Shown piece after piece: positions 52,499-61,517 of a DNA stretch of 64,000 nucleotides. The stretch's first letter is position 1. Each line of letters starts with the position of its first letter. The notes beneath the pieces are model-generated. The model was not told the origin of the DNA. It ran no database searches and saw only the letters and a list, made by a program, of their open reading frames with translations. Made by a program: the position numbers and the translations under genes. The stretch is from Geothrix sp. (GTDB lineage: Bacteria > Acidobacteriota > Holophagae > Holophagales > Holophagaceae): NCBI RefSeq assembly GCF_049292215.1, contig NZ_JBATQW010000070.1, forward strand, positions 14,597 through 78,596, written 5' to 3'.

Positions 52499-53351
52499 CC
52501 TTCTGCTCCCCGCCCTCATCGCCTGCTCCCTGGTCGCCCAGGACAAGCCGGCCCCCGTGCGGCTGACCCCCCTGCGCGTGAGCCCCGCCAGCACGCTGTC
52601 CCAGGAGATCGGCATCAGCAAGATCGAGCTCGCCTTCGCCCGTCCAGCCGTGAAGGGGCGGAAGATCTGGGGCGAGGTGGTGCCCTTCGGCCAGGTCTGG
52701 CGCGCCGGCGCCAACAGCGCCACGGTGCTCACCCTCAGCCATGCCGCCAAGGTCGCCGGCAAGGATGTGCCTTCCGGGAGCTACGGCTTCTTCGTGATCC
52801 CCGGCGAGAAGTCCTGGACGCTGATCCTGAACAAGAAGGCCAAGCAGTGGGGCGCCTACGACTACAAGAAGGAGGAGGATGTGCTGCGCTGGGAGGCCAC
52901 ACCCCAGGCAGGGCCGAGCCAGGAGTACCTGGACTACCGGGTGCTGCCAACCGGTCTGGATGGCGCGGTGGTCGAGCTTGCCTGGGAGAAGCTGCGCGTG
53001 AGCTTCCCCGTGGCCTTCGACACCAAGGCCCTCTACTGGGCCCACCTGGAGGCCAAGTTGACGCAGGCCCCGGAGACCGACTGGGTGCCCTGGTACCAGG
53101 CCGCCAAGTATTGCCAGGACCAGGGCATCGAGCCCCAGAAGGCCCTGGCCTGGATCGAGAAGAGCCTGAAGGCCGGCGACAGCTTCTGGAATCACGAGAC
53201 CGCCGCCCGGATCTACAAGGACGCCAAGCGCATGCCCGAGGCCCTCACCCACCTCCAGAAGGCCATCGACCTCTCCAAGCCCGGCGGAGCGCCGAAGGAA
53301 TACACCGACAACCTGGAGAAGGAGCTGGCGGTCTGGAAGGGGCAGAAGTAG
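52491..53351 (+). CDS. secreted DUF2911 protein with helical (TPR-like) C-terminal extension
   Basis: 286 aa. Signal peptide MRNLLLPALIACSLVAQ. FGQVWRAGANSATVLT and GSYGFFVIPGEKSWTLILN fit the DUF2911 pattern. Overlaps the upstream gene by 8 nt. Confidence 0.6.
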   Translation: MRNLLLPALIACSLVAQDKPAPVRLTPLRVSPASTLSQEIGISKIELAFARPAVKGRKIWGEVVPFGQVWRAGANSATVLTLSHAAKVAGKDVPSGSYGFFVIPGEKSWTLILNKKAKQWGAYDYKKEEDVLRWEATPQAGPSQEYLDYRVLPTGLDGAVVELAWEKLRVSFPVAFDTKALYWAHLEAKLTQAPETDWVPWYQAAKYCQDQGIEPQKALAWIEKSLKAGDSFWNHETAARIYKDAKRMPEALTHLQKAIDLSKPGGAPKEYTDNLEKELAVWKGQK

Positions 53352-53369
53352 GCGTCTGGCGCCCTTTGC

Positions 53370-53819
53370 CTACTGCTTCACCGCGATCCGAAGGAAGGAC
53401 TCTGGCAATGTGACGCCACTCCGGCCCAGGTTCGCCTGGTGCACGAAGATGGTCAGCCGGCCGCCGATCCGCTCGAAGGCGATGGCCCCGCCGTCAGCGA
53501 ACAGCTTCCGGCTGCTACAGACCACCAGCTTGCCCTGCCCGGCATAGAACCGGGTCTGGTCCGGCGTGAAGGCCCACGCAACATTGGCCTTCGCATCCAC
53601 TGAGATCTCGGATTTCTTCATCTGCATGACCATGTCGAGTTCCTTGCAGGCCACCCGGCCTTCGGAACCGGCGCTGTTGGCCAAGATCAGGAGAAATTTC
53701 GCCGCCTCCTCCACCGGGACGCCCTCGGCCAGAAGGGGCACGACCGCAGAGACGAGGACCATCGCCACCCCCAGGTAGCGGTAGACAGCACGGGCGTGGG
53801 GACTGGCGAGTCGCAGCAT
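53370..53819 (-). CDS. small exported YfiR/DUF4154-like protein
   Basis: 149 aa. N-terminal hydrophobic segment. EEAAKFLLILANSAG and C-terminal GGAIAFERIGGRLTIFVHQANLGRSGVTLPESFLRIA resemble the DUF4154 (YfiR) pattern. No yfiN/yfiB nearby. Confidence 0.4.
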   Translation of the reverse strand: MLRLASPHARAVYRYLGVAMVLVSAVVPLLAEGVPVEEAAKFLLILANSAGSEGRVACKELDMVMQMKKSEISVDAKANVAWAFTPDQTRFYAGQGKLVVCSSRKLFADGGAIAFERIGGRLTIFVHQANLGRSGVTLPESFLRIAVKQ

Positions 53820-53960
53820 GGAAGGCTCCGACCACCTTTATCGGCCCCACCCTTGAACTGAGGGGATCTGGCCAGTGACGGGGGCGTAACTTTTCCCGCT
53901 GCGGGGATGGTCTGCCCAACTGGTCCCGGGACCTTCCACAGCGCGAGGATCCTGCCCGGG

Positions 53961-54356
53961 TCAGCCCTTGATGGGGACCACCGTGGCCAGCCAGGCGTCG
54001 GCTTCCGTCCTGGTGTGGAAGATGCGGATGGTCCAGCCCTGCGGCGCCTTCAGTTGCCCGTAGATACTGGCCAGGTATTGCCCAAGGCCCGTGGGCACCA
54101 CGAGGGCGATGTGCTGGTTCGGGAGGAATTCAGCATTCCTTCTGTCGATCTCACCCACCTTCATCACCTCCTCGACACTGACCTGGAAGGAGGTGGCGAG
54201 TGTGAAGTCCGCGATCATGTGGGTGATGTTCTCGTGGGCCTGCAAGCGAACCACAGCACCCGCGCCGCCATCAATCAGTTCCTGGCCTGTCACCAATCCC
54301 TGCCCGATCCAGAGGAAGCCAGTACCGTCATGGATGGGTTCTCCGGAATATGGCAC
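53961..54356 (-). CDS. hypothetical 131-aa protein (STAS/SpoIIAA-like pattern, family not assigned)
   Basis: ORF 56 nt downstream of the MCP gene, same strand. The pattern G..TG.E......hhhDFT....F.VS.E.V....E.D....F.P....A.VVP...G.......Y.......W....F.T..EA..WL recalls small alpha/beta sensory modules. Weak call. Confidence 0.4.
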   Translation of the reverse strand: MPYSGEPIHDGTGFLWIGQGLVTGQELIDGGAGAVVRLQAHENITHMIADFTLATSFQVSVEEVMKVGEIDRRNAEFLPNQHIALVVPTGLGQYLASIYGQLKAPQGWTIRIFHTRTEADAWLATVVPIKG

Positions 54357-54412
54357 GGGCTGCTCCTGGGGATTGCCGGAGAGGGGGGGGCGATGGTCGG
54401 TGCCTGAAGGGT

Positions 54413-56032
54413 TCAGTGTGTCTTGAACCGTGCCAGCGAGGTGGACAGCTCCTCGGCGATGGTCGAGAGGTACTCCGCGGTGCGGTTCACCTCCTCCACG
54501 GTGTGGGCCAGCTCAGTGGAGGCAGCTGCGCTGCGCTCCGTGGACTGGGCGGACTCCTCCACCTGCCGGGCCACCTCGTCCGAGGTGCGGCCCTGCTGTT
54601 CAGTGGCGGCGCCGATCTCCTGAGAGGCGCTCACCACGGCCGTGATGTTCTCCTGGATGACCCGGATGGTGGCATCGGTGGCCTCCACGGTGCGGATGCC
54701 CTCCTGCATGGCCTCTTCGGTCTGGTTGATGAGGTCGCCGATCTGCTTGGCGGCACCGGCGCTGTGCTCGGCCAGCTTGCGGACCTCCTCGGCCACCACC
54801 GCGAAGCCCTTGCCGTGGACGCCTGCCTTGGCGGACTCGATGGCGGCGTTGAGGGCCAGGAGGTTGGTCTGGCGCGCCAGGTCCTGGATCACCTTCACGG
54901 CCTTCACCATCTCCTGCGTGGCCTGGCGGATGGCCTGCATGGCGGCCACCGTGGCCTCGCCCTGGTGGGCACCCTCCTCGGCGGCTGTGACCATGGTCTC
55001 GGTCCGCTGATGGCTGCGCCGCACGTTCTCGCCCACCATCTGGATGGAGGCCGCGAACTGCGTCATGGCCGTCGCTGTGAGCTCGGAGGCCAGGCGCTGG
55101 TTTTCTGAGAACTGGGCGATCTCGCCCGTGGCCCGGGCCACCTCGCTGGCCGTGGCGCTGAGCTCCGTGGAGCCAGAGGCGACGCGGCTGCTGGCATCCC
55201 GCAACTGGCCGAACAGCTCCTGAAAGCGGGCCACCATGGCATTGAAGTCCTTGGCCATGCGACCCAGTTCGTCGTCTGATCGGACCTCGACACCGCGTGA
55301 GAAGTCACCGGCCACCATGCGCTCCATGCCTTCTGAAACCTCCTTGATCGCGTTCTGGAGGCGGCTCATGACCGCCCGGGCGATGAGAACTCCCAACGCC
55401 AGGCTCACCAGCAGGATGGTGGATTTGAGGAGGGCGCCGAAGCGGACGACCGCGGCCATCTCGGCCTGCTCACGCGCTTCGATTTGCTTCGACTCCTTGA
55501 AGATGCTCTCGGCCAGGCCGCCGATGGCTTCGTTCATGGGCCGATCCACGCCCTTCAGCAGGCCGTCCACGGTCCGGTAGGCTAGGGGATCCTTGTCCTT
55601 CCAGGTGGCCAGCGCCTCCCGGTACTTCGCGCCAAGCTTCTGGTGCTCCCCCACGGCCTTGTCCACGCCATCCGTAGGCAACTCAAGGACCTTCAGCTGA
55701 GCCTTCAGCTTGGCGAAGTCCTCCTGCACCTCCTTCTCGGTCTTGTCGAAGGCGGCCTTGTACTTGGTCATCTGCGCCGGGTCGTGGCCGCGGACCAGGA
55801 TGTTCTTCCACTCCTGCACCTGGGTCTTGAAGTCGTTCTGGGCTTCCCGGGCCATGTCCCCGGCCTTCGCCACTTTGGCCATGGTCTCACTCAGCTCCGT
55901 GGCCTGGTCCGTCAGCCGATGGGCCACATAGAAACCTGCCCAGGCCAGGACCAGCGCCGCCAGCATCAGGCTGCCCGAGAGCAGCCAGAGCTTTTTTCGA
56001 ACGGAGATGCGATCCAGATATGACAAGCGCAT
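54413..56032 (-). CDS. methyl-accepting chemotaxis protein (2 TM, four-helix-bundle sensor, HAMP, canonical tip)
   Basis: 539 aa from [20 protein letters not shown]. Canonical tip [35 protein letters not shown]. The track ORF begins 14 codons earlier (56074). Confidence 0.9.
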   Translation of the reverse strand: MRLSYLDRISVRKKLWLLSGSLMLAALVLAWAGFYVAHRLTDQATELSETMAKVAKAGDMAREAQNDFKTQVQEWKNILVRGHDPAQMTKYKAAFDKTEKEVQEDFAKLKAQLKVLELPTDGVDKAVGEHQKLGAKYREALATWKDKDPLAYRTVDGLLKGVDRPMNEAIGGLAESIFKESKQIEAREQAEMAAVVRFGALLKSTILLVSLALGVLIARAVMSRLQNAIKEVSEGMERMVAGDFSRGVEVRSDDELGRMAKDFNAMVARFQELFGQLRDASSRVASGSTELSATASEVARATGEIAQFSENQRLASELTATAMTQFAASIQMVGENVRRSHQRTETMVTAAEEGAHQGEATVAAMQAIRQATQEMVKAVKVIQDLARQTNLLALNAAIESAKAGVHGKGFAVVAEEVRKLAEHSAGAAKQIGDLINQTEEAMQEGIRTVEATDATIRVIQENITAVVSASQEIGAATEQQGRTSDEVARQVEESAQSTERSAAASTELAHTVEEVNRTAEYLSTIAEELSTSLARFKTH

Positions 56033-56217
56033 GGCGAATCTCCCTATCTTCCTGCCCAGATGGATCGGTTCCATGTCAGTACATCTTGAAAATCGAGGGT
56101 GAGCAGGAGTCCAGCCTCATGGCTTGTTAAAACGGACCAAACATTCCTGTTTTCAGAGCATGGTGCAGACGGGAACTCCGAATCGTCTGCCTGGTTCACC
56201 CAGCCATCGAACAAGGA

Positions 56218-56886
56218 TCAGACGCCCTTCCGCTCCGCGCCCCAGAGGATCTTGTGCAGTTGCACCTGGACCCGCACGGGCAGGCCATCCGTGACGACCT
56301 TCTCGGCGAGCCAGGCCGGGTCGAGGCGGCCCCAGACGGGGCTGAAGAGGACTTCCAGCCGGTCCCAGATGGCCCTTTCGGCGCACCAGGCCTTGGCCCA
56401 GGCGTAGTCGGCCTCGTCGCACAGCACAAACTTCAGCTCATCCTGGCCGGGCACCATGTGGTCGAGGTTGGCTTCGAGCCAGCGGTGGACCTCACCGCTC
56501 CCCGGGGTCTTGCGGTCCACGATCTTGACCACCGCGCGGGGCACCGGGGCCAGGTCGTGGCTGCCGGCAGTCTCCAGGGCAACCTCATAACCGAGGTCCA
56601 GCAGGGCCCGCAGCAGCTCCGGGGCCTGGGGGTGGGCCAGGGGCTCGCCGCCCGTGAGCTCCACGAAGGGGGCGTTGGGGCCAGGGCCCGGGGGACCAAG
56701 CCGCTGCCGCACCTCGTCCAGCAGGTCGTCCAGTTCCCGCATGGCCCCATCGTAGAAGGCGTATTCGGTGTCGCAGTAGACGCACCGCAAGGGGCAGCCG
56801 GTGAGGCGGATGAAGAGGCAGGGGCGGCCGATCCGGGCGCCCTCCCCCTGGACCGAATGGAAAACTTCGTTGACCTTGAACTTCAT
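56218..56886 (-). CDS. queE: 7-carboxy-7-deazaguanine synthase (radical SAM)
   Basis: 222 aa from MKFKVNEVFHSVQGEG. Radical-SAM cluster CPLRCVYCDT. ATG overlaps the upstream SDR stop (ATGA at 56883-56886). Confidence 0.9.
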   Translation of the reverse strand: MKFKVNEVFHSVQGEGARIGRPCLFIRLTGCPLRCVYCDTEYAFYDGAMRELDDLLDEVRQRLGPPGPGPNAPFVELTGGEPLAHPQAPELLRALLDLGYEVALETAGSHDLAPVPRAVVKIVDRKTPGSGEVHRWLEANLDHMVPGQDELKFVLCDEADYAWAKAWCAERAIWDRLEVLFSPVWGRLDPAWLAEKVVTDGLPVRVQVQLHKILWGAERKGV

Positions 56887-57617
56887 CGATCGATCCAACG
56901 CCGTCCGCCGTCCTGGGTCAGGATCTCCCCGGTGAGGAAGGGGCTGTTGGCGGCGAAGCGCACGGCCCGGCAGAGGTCGGCGGGATCGCCGATGCGGTTG
57001 AGCAGGGTGCGGCTGCCCAGCCAGGTGGCATCACTGCCCTCCTGGGGCAGGAGGACCCCCAGGGCATGGCCCACCACCCGCACCTCCGGCGCCAGCAGCT
57101 GGGCCAGCCCCGGCACCAGACTGGCCAGGCCTGCCTTGGCGGCGCTGTAGGGCAGCCGCTGCAGCCAGGGGCGATGGATCGAGGTGTCCAGCAGGAGCTG
57201 GAGACAGGAACCCTCGGACAGCCGTGGGGCGAGGGCCTGGGCGCAGAGGAAAGGGAAGCCCAGGTTCAGGCGCCAGGTGGCCTCCAGTGACGCTGCTGTC
57301 CAGGTTCCGAAGGGTTCCTCCGGAAAAGAGCCAGCCACAATCACGGCCCCGGAAATAACCCAGCCCTGCGTCTCCAACGTGTCCAGATCTGCCATCATGC
57401 GGGAAACCAGGTCCGGGCTCTCGGCATTCCACTGAAGCGTCCGGATCCTCCCCGTCTTCGACAAGCCATCCACCCAGGTTTCCCCGGTCCAGGGCTCGGA
57501 GCTGGTCAACACCAGATCGTGATCCTGGGCCAGATCCTCCGCCAAGGCCCGGCCCAGCCGTCGCCTTCCCCCGACCAGAACCCAGCAGGCCCTGTCATTC
57601 CCGGAATTCCGCTCCAT
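56883..57617 (-). CDS. SDR-family reductase, FolM/pteridine-reductase-like
   Basis: 244 aa. LVGGRRRLGRALA parallels E. coli FolM ITGGGRRIGLALA. Catalytic YSAAKAGL...LAPEVRV parallels YAASKAAL...LAPEVKV. C-terminal LTGEILTQDGGRR. Confidence 0.65.
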   Translation of the reverse strand: MERNSGNDRACWVLVGGRRRLGRALAEDLAQDHDLVLTSSEPWTGETWVDGLSKTGRIRTLQWNAESPDLVSRMMADLDTLETQGWVISGAVIVAGSFPEEPFGTWTAASLEATWRLNLGFPFLCAQALAPRLSEGSCLQLLLDTSIHRPWLQRLPYSAAKAGLASLVPGLAQLLAPEVRVVGHALGVLLPQEGSDATWLGSRTLLNRIGDPADLCRAVRFAANSPFLTGEILTQDGGRRWIDR

Positions 57618-57642
57618 CTGGGCATTCTTTCACAAAGGCTCC

Positions 57643-60198
57643 ATGAATCCCTACCTGAAACGCATCCGGTGGCGCCTGCTGTGGATCAGCTTCGCGTGCC
57701 TGACCTTGGCCCTGGGTTCCTTCGCCCTCAACCAGTGGGTCTACGCGGGCTCGGATGACCAGTGCTCCTGGGTGGTGGAGAACGGAAAGATCGTCATCCG
57801 GGAGATCCTGCCGGATGGCGTGGCCGAAGAGGCCGGGCTGCTCGAGGGCGACGAACTGGTGAAGATCCAGGGCCGGGCCTACGAGGCCACCCTGGAGGGC
57901 ACGCAGAGGGCCCAGCGCTTCATCAACAGCAAGCCTGAAGGCGCCATCCTCATCTACACGGTCAAGCGTCAGGGACGCCAGATCCTCCTGCCCATCCGCC
58001 TGGTGAAGCCCCTCGACTGGGTGCAGCTGGCGCTGCTGGCGAACGGCATCCTCGCCTGGGCCGTGGGCCTGCTGGTGGTGCTCTCGGCCCCCGAGCGGAA
58101 ATCCTCCCGCCACTTCTTCTATCTGGCGGCCACGGTCCTGCTGATGTCGGGGGCGGCCATCTCCGGCAACCCGCCCGTGGTCATGCTGGTGCTGGTGACG
58201 CTCATGGCCGGGGTCGCCTCGGCCCTCCTGCCCCCGCTCTGGATCCACTTCTTCCTGCGTTTTCCGCACCCTTCCGAATGGCGGAAGCATCGGCGCCTCC
58301 TCCAGTCCGTCTATGGGACCTTCGCCCTGCTGGCCCTGGTGCAGGTGCTGGTCCGCTTCTGGGCCATCGCGGGAGACGGCGTCCTGAGGACCCTCGCCGG
58401 CAAGCCTCCCGAGGGCCTGCTGAAGCTCGTGCTCAACGCCTTCGGGTTCGTGGCCATTCCGCTCTACATCGCGGCCGCGCTCACCGGCCTCGGGTTCTTC
58501 ATCGCCGGGACGTTCAAAGCGCCCGAACGCCTCCGGAAGGCCCTCCTGCCCTCCCTGATCGTGACGGCGGCCATCTGCCTCGACCTGCTGGCCTGGACGA
58601 TCCTGTCGGCCAAGTACGGGAACAGCCTCCTGTTCCGTCGCCAGATCTTCATCTTCATGCTGCCGGCGCCGCTCATCCCCATCAGCTTCGCCTACGCCAT
58701 CTTCCGCCATGGGCTCTTCGACGTGCAGAAGGTGCTGCTGCGCTGGGTGAGCTACATGGCCATCCTGGCGCTCACGGTGGCGGCCTACCTGGGGGGCCTG
58801 GCCTGGGCCTTCTCCCACCTCTCGGCGATTCCCCCCGGCTGGGCCGGGGCCCTCATCGGCGTCCTCGCCCTGCCGCTCGGCTGGGCCCTGCGGCGCCTGC
58901 TGAAGGGCATCCGGCGCCGGTTCCGGCGGGACTTCTCCAGCACCCGCGACATCGCCCTCAGCGCCGTGCGCGAGCCCAGGAAGCGCTTCAGTGAGGAGTC
59001 CCTGGTCAAGTCTCTCCGCCGCGCCCTGGGCGAAGCCTTCCAGCCCCAGCTGCTCGAGATCCTGCCCATCGAGGACCGCCAGATTTTGCTGCCCGCAGCC
59101 GAGGCCTCGGACCGGGAGGACCGCCGGATGTACTTCCCGCCCCAGCCGCTCCGGATCCCCCCGGGCCTCCTCCGCCTGGCCCGGGAGAACCGCGAGCTGG
59201 TGCTGGGGCTCGGCAGCGAGGAGGCGGACTGGATCCGGGAGCAGGGTGGCACCCTGCGGGCCCACGTGGATGCCCTGGAAGCTCAGCTGCTGCTGCTCAT
59301 CCTCGCCGGTGACAGCCCGCACAGCGTGGTGCTCCTGGGTGGAAAGTACGCCGAGCTGAACTACGGTCGCGAGGACCGTGAGCTGCTGCGGGAGGTGGCC
59401 CTCGCTGCGGGCCAGGTGATCGAGACGGCCGTGATGCACCAACGGCTGGTGGCCCAGGAGCGTCTGAGCCAGGAGCTGGAAACGGCCCGGCGCATCCAGG
59501 AAGGGCTGGTCACTTCCCACGTGCCGCCCATCCCCGGCTTCCATGTGGCTCTGCGCCTGGAGCCGGCCCTGGAGACCGGGGGCGACCTTCTCTTCGTGAA
59601 GCGTCGCCCCAGCGGCAAGTGGCTGGCGGCCGTGGGCGACGTCTGCGGCAAGGGCCTCGCCGCCGCCCTCTACATGGCCCAGGCCACGGCCCTGCTCGAA
59701 CAGGCCGCCCAGACGGAGCACCAGCGGCTGGAAGAGATCCTCTGCTCGCTGGACCTCACCCTGAGGCAGCTGCTGGGCCACCGGGGCTTCCTCACGCTGA
59801 TCCTGCTGGAGTGGGACGACGCCGGGAACTACCGGCTGGCGCGAGCTGGCCATCCCGGAGCGCTGGTGTTCGAGGCCCCCGGTGGGGACGGCCACCGCGA
59901 GGTGGTCCCCCATGGTCGCGGCCTGGGCCTGCGGCCCGCGGGCCCAGGCGACTGGCAGGTCATCGAAGGGGTGCTCCCACCCAAGGGGTGGATGGTGCTC
60001 TACAGTGATGGCCTCTCTGAGGCCATGAACCGGGACGGCGAGCTCTACGGTCTGGAGCGGCTCAGCGCCCAGCTGGGCCGCCTCTGGGGGACGGGCAGCC
60101 CCCGCGCCGCCTGTGAGGCGGTCTTCCACGACGTCGCCGCCTTCGATACCCAGAACCGCGATGACCGGACCCTGTTTATCCTGGGAAGGGAGGCCTAG
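57643..60198 (+). CDS. PDZ - polytopic membrane - PP2C (SpoIIE-type) serine phosphatase
   Basis: 851 aa. TM1, then PDZ (IREILPDGVAEEAGLLEGDELVKIQG), about 8-9 TM helices, a cytoplasmic linker and a PP2C domain (RRIQEGL, ETGGDLLFV, GDVCGKGLAAALYMA, MVLYSDGLSEA, DDRTLFIL). Confidence 0.85.
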   Translation: MNPYLKRIRWRLLWISFACLTLALGSFALNQWVYAGSDDQCSWVVENGKIVIREILPDGVAEEAGLLEGDELVKIQGRAYEATLEGTQRAQRFINSKPEGAILIYTVKRQGRQILLPIRLVKPLDWVQLALLANGILAWAVGLLVVLSAPERKSSRHFFYLAATVLLMSGAAISGNPPVVMLVLVTLMAGVASALLPPLWIHFFLRFPHPSEWRKHRRLLQSVYGTFALLALVQVLVRFWAIAGDGVLRTLAGKPPEGLLKLVLNAFGFVAIPLYIAAALTGLGFFIAGTFKAPERLRKALLPSLIVTAAICLDLLAWTILSAKYGNSLLFRRQIFIFMLPAPLIPISFAYAIFRHGLFDVQKVLLRWVSYMAILALTVAAYLGGLAWAFSHLSAIPPGWAGALIGVLALPLGWALRRLLKGIRRRFRRDFSSTRDIALSAVREPRKRFSEESLVKSLRRALGEAFQPQLLEILPIEDRQILLPAAEASDREDRRMYFPPQPLRIPPGLLRLARENRELVLGLGSEEADWIREQGGTLRAHVDALEAQLLLLILAGDSPHSVVLLGGKYAELNYGREDRELLREVALAAGQVIETAVMHQRLVAQERLSQELETARRIQEGLVTSHVPPIPGFHVALRLEPALETGGDLLFVKRRPSGKWLAAVGDVCGKGLAAALYMAQATALLEQAAQTEHQRLEEILCSLDLTLRQLLGHRGFLTLILLEWDDAGNYRLARAGHPGALVFEAPGGDGHREVVPHGRGLGLRPAGPGDWQVIEGVLPPKGWMVLYSDGLSEAMNRDGELYGLERLSAQLGRLWGTGSPRAACEAVFHDVAAFDTQNRDDRTLFILGREA

Positions 60199-60689
60199 TG
60201 CGACGCTCACCCTTTCGATGGCTCATTCCGACCTTCCTGGCCCTCCAGCTGGGCCTGCTCTGGATCCAGGGTGCCCAGCTCCACCGGCAGAACCAGGTGC
60301 TGGTGGGCCTCCGGGAGGACATCCAGGCGCTCACGGAATCCATCGAAGGCAGCCAGTCCCCCGCCGCCTTCCAGGAGGAAGGCGAGGCCGTTCCGGCAAG
60401 CTTCGGTCCGCCGGCCACTCCCCCCCGGCAGGTGGCCGTTCTGGGCGCCGAGGAGGAGCAGGAATCCGTGGCCAAGGAGCTCAAGGCCACCCGCGATTCC
60501 GCGGACAAGGCCGTGAAGGACGCCCGGGAAGCGCAGTCCAAGCTGTCGCTCGAGGAGAACTCGCGCAAGGCCGAGGAGGCCAGGAAGGTCCAGGCTGCGA
60601 CCAGCTCCTGGCTGACCTGGGTCTGGGTGGCCGTCGGCCTGGTGGCCCTGGCGCTGGTGGGCCGCTCGGTGATCCGACGGCGCGCCTGA
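60198..60689 (+). CDS. hypothetical bitopic membrane protein with central charged coiled coil
   Basis: 163 aa. GTG overlaps the phosphatase stop (TAGTG). N-terminal TM (WLIPTFLALQLGLLWI), charged helical middle, C-terminal TM (WLTWVWVAVGLVALALVG). Stop overlaps the next ATG (TGATG). Confidence 0.55.
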   Translation: MRRSPFRWLIPTFLALQLGLLWIQGAQLHRQNQVLVGLREDIQALTESIEGSQSPAAFQEEGEAVPASFGPPATPPRQVAVLGAEEEQESVAKELKATRDSADKAVKDAREAQSKLSLEENSRKAEEARKVQAATSSWLTWVWVAVGLVALALVGRSVIRRRA

Positions 60690-61483
60690 TGTCCCTGCTC
60701 GACTACCTCCGCGAGGATCCTGCCTGCGTGAACCTGGCGGAAGGGGCGGTACACGCCGTGGCTCCGGCCCTGGACGACCCGGATCCCGACCAGGTGTCCA
60801 TGCAGTTGAACGAGTGGGCGTTCACCCTTGCCGGGCGCATGCCCCTGCCCTGGAACACCCACAAGGCCATCGACGCCCTGAACCACCTGCTCTTCGAGGA
60901 GCTGGGCTTCGAGGGCGACCGCGACACCTACGACGACCCCCTCAACGCCCTGCTGCCGGCCGTCATCGCCCGCCGGAAGGGCCTGCCCATCTCCCTCTCC
61001 ATCCTGTGGGTGGACCTGGCCCGCCGCATGGGCTTCGATGCCGTGGGCGTGGGCCTCCCCGGACACTACATCGCCGCGCTGCGTACGGACTTCGGCCTCC
61101 TCTGCTTCGATCCATTCCACAAAGGCCGGGCCGTGGGCGAAGAACTCGGGGCGGCGCTGGTGAAGTCCGCCACTGCGGGGCGGGTGGCCTTCCAGCGCGA
61201 CATGCTGAAGCCCGCCACCAACCGGGAGACCCTCATCCGTCTGGTGAGGAACCTCCACTTGCGGTTCATGCACGCCGAGGACTGGGAAGAAGCCCTCTGG
61301 ACCGGAACCCACCTCATCCTGCTCGAGCCCGGCAACCCAAGGGTCCACAAGGAGCGCGCCTTCATCCACCTCCAGCGCGACGAGCCCGGACCGGCCCTGC
61401 TGGACCTGCGGGAGGCCCTGCGCTTGAGCCCGGACCCCGATCCCGAGATCCAGGCCTGGTTGGCCCAGATCGAACAATCCTGA
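60689..61483 (+). CDS. SirB1-like protein (transglutaminase-like N-domain plus TPR-like C-domain)
   Basis: 264 aa. LNHLLFEELGFEGDRDTYDDPLNALLPAVIARRKGLPISLSILWVDLARRMGFDAVGVGLPGHY fits the SirB1/UPF0162 pattern as I recall it. Helical-repeat C-terminus. Confidence 0.5.
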   Translation: MSLLDYLREDPACVNLAEGAVHAVAPALDDPDPDQVSMQLNEWAFTLAGRMPLPWNTHKAIDALNHLLFEELGFEGDRDTYDDPLNALLPAVIARRKGLPISLSILWVDLARRMGFDAVGVGLPGHYIAALRTDFGLLCFDPFHKGRAVGEELGAALVKSATAGRVAFQRDMLKPATNRETLIRLVRNLHLRFMHAEDWEEALWTGTHLILLEPGNPRVHKERAFIHLQRDEPGPALLDLREALRLSPDPDPEIQAWLAQIEQS

Positions 61484-61517
61484 GGAACGCCAGCCCGGCT
61501 GGGGGCATCCTTCCGTC

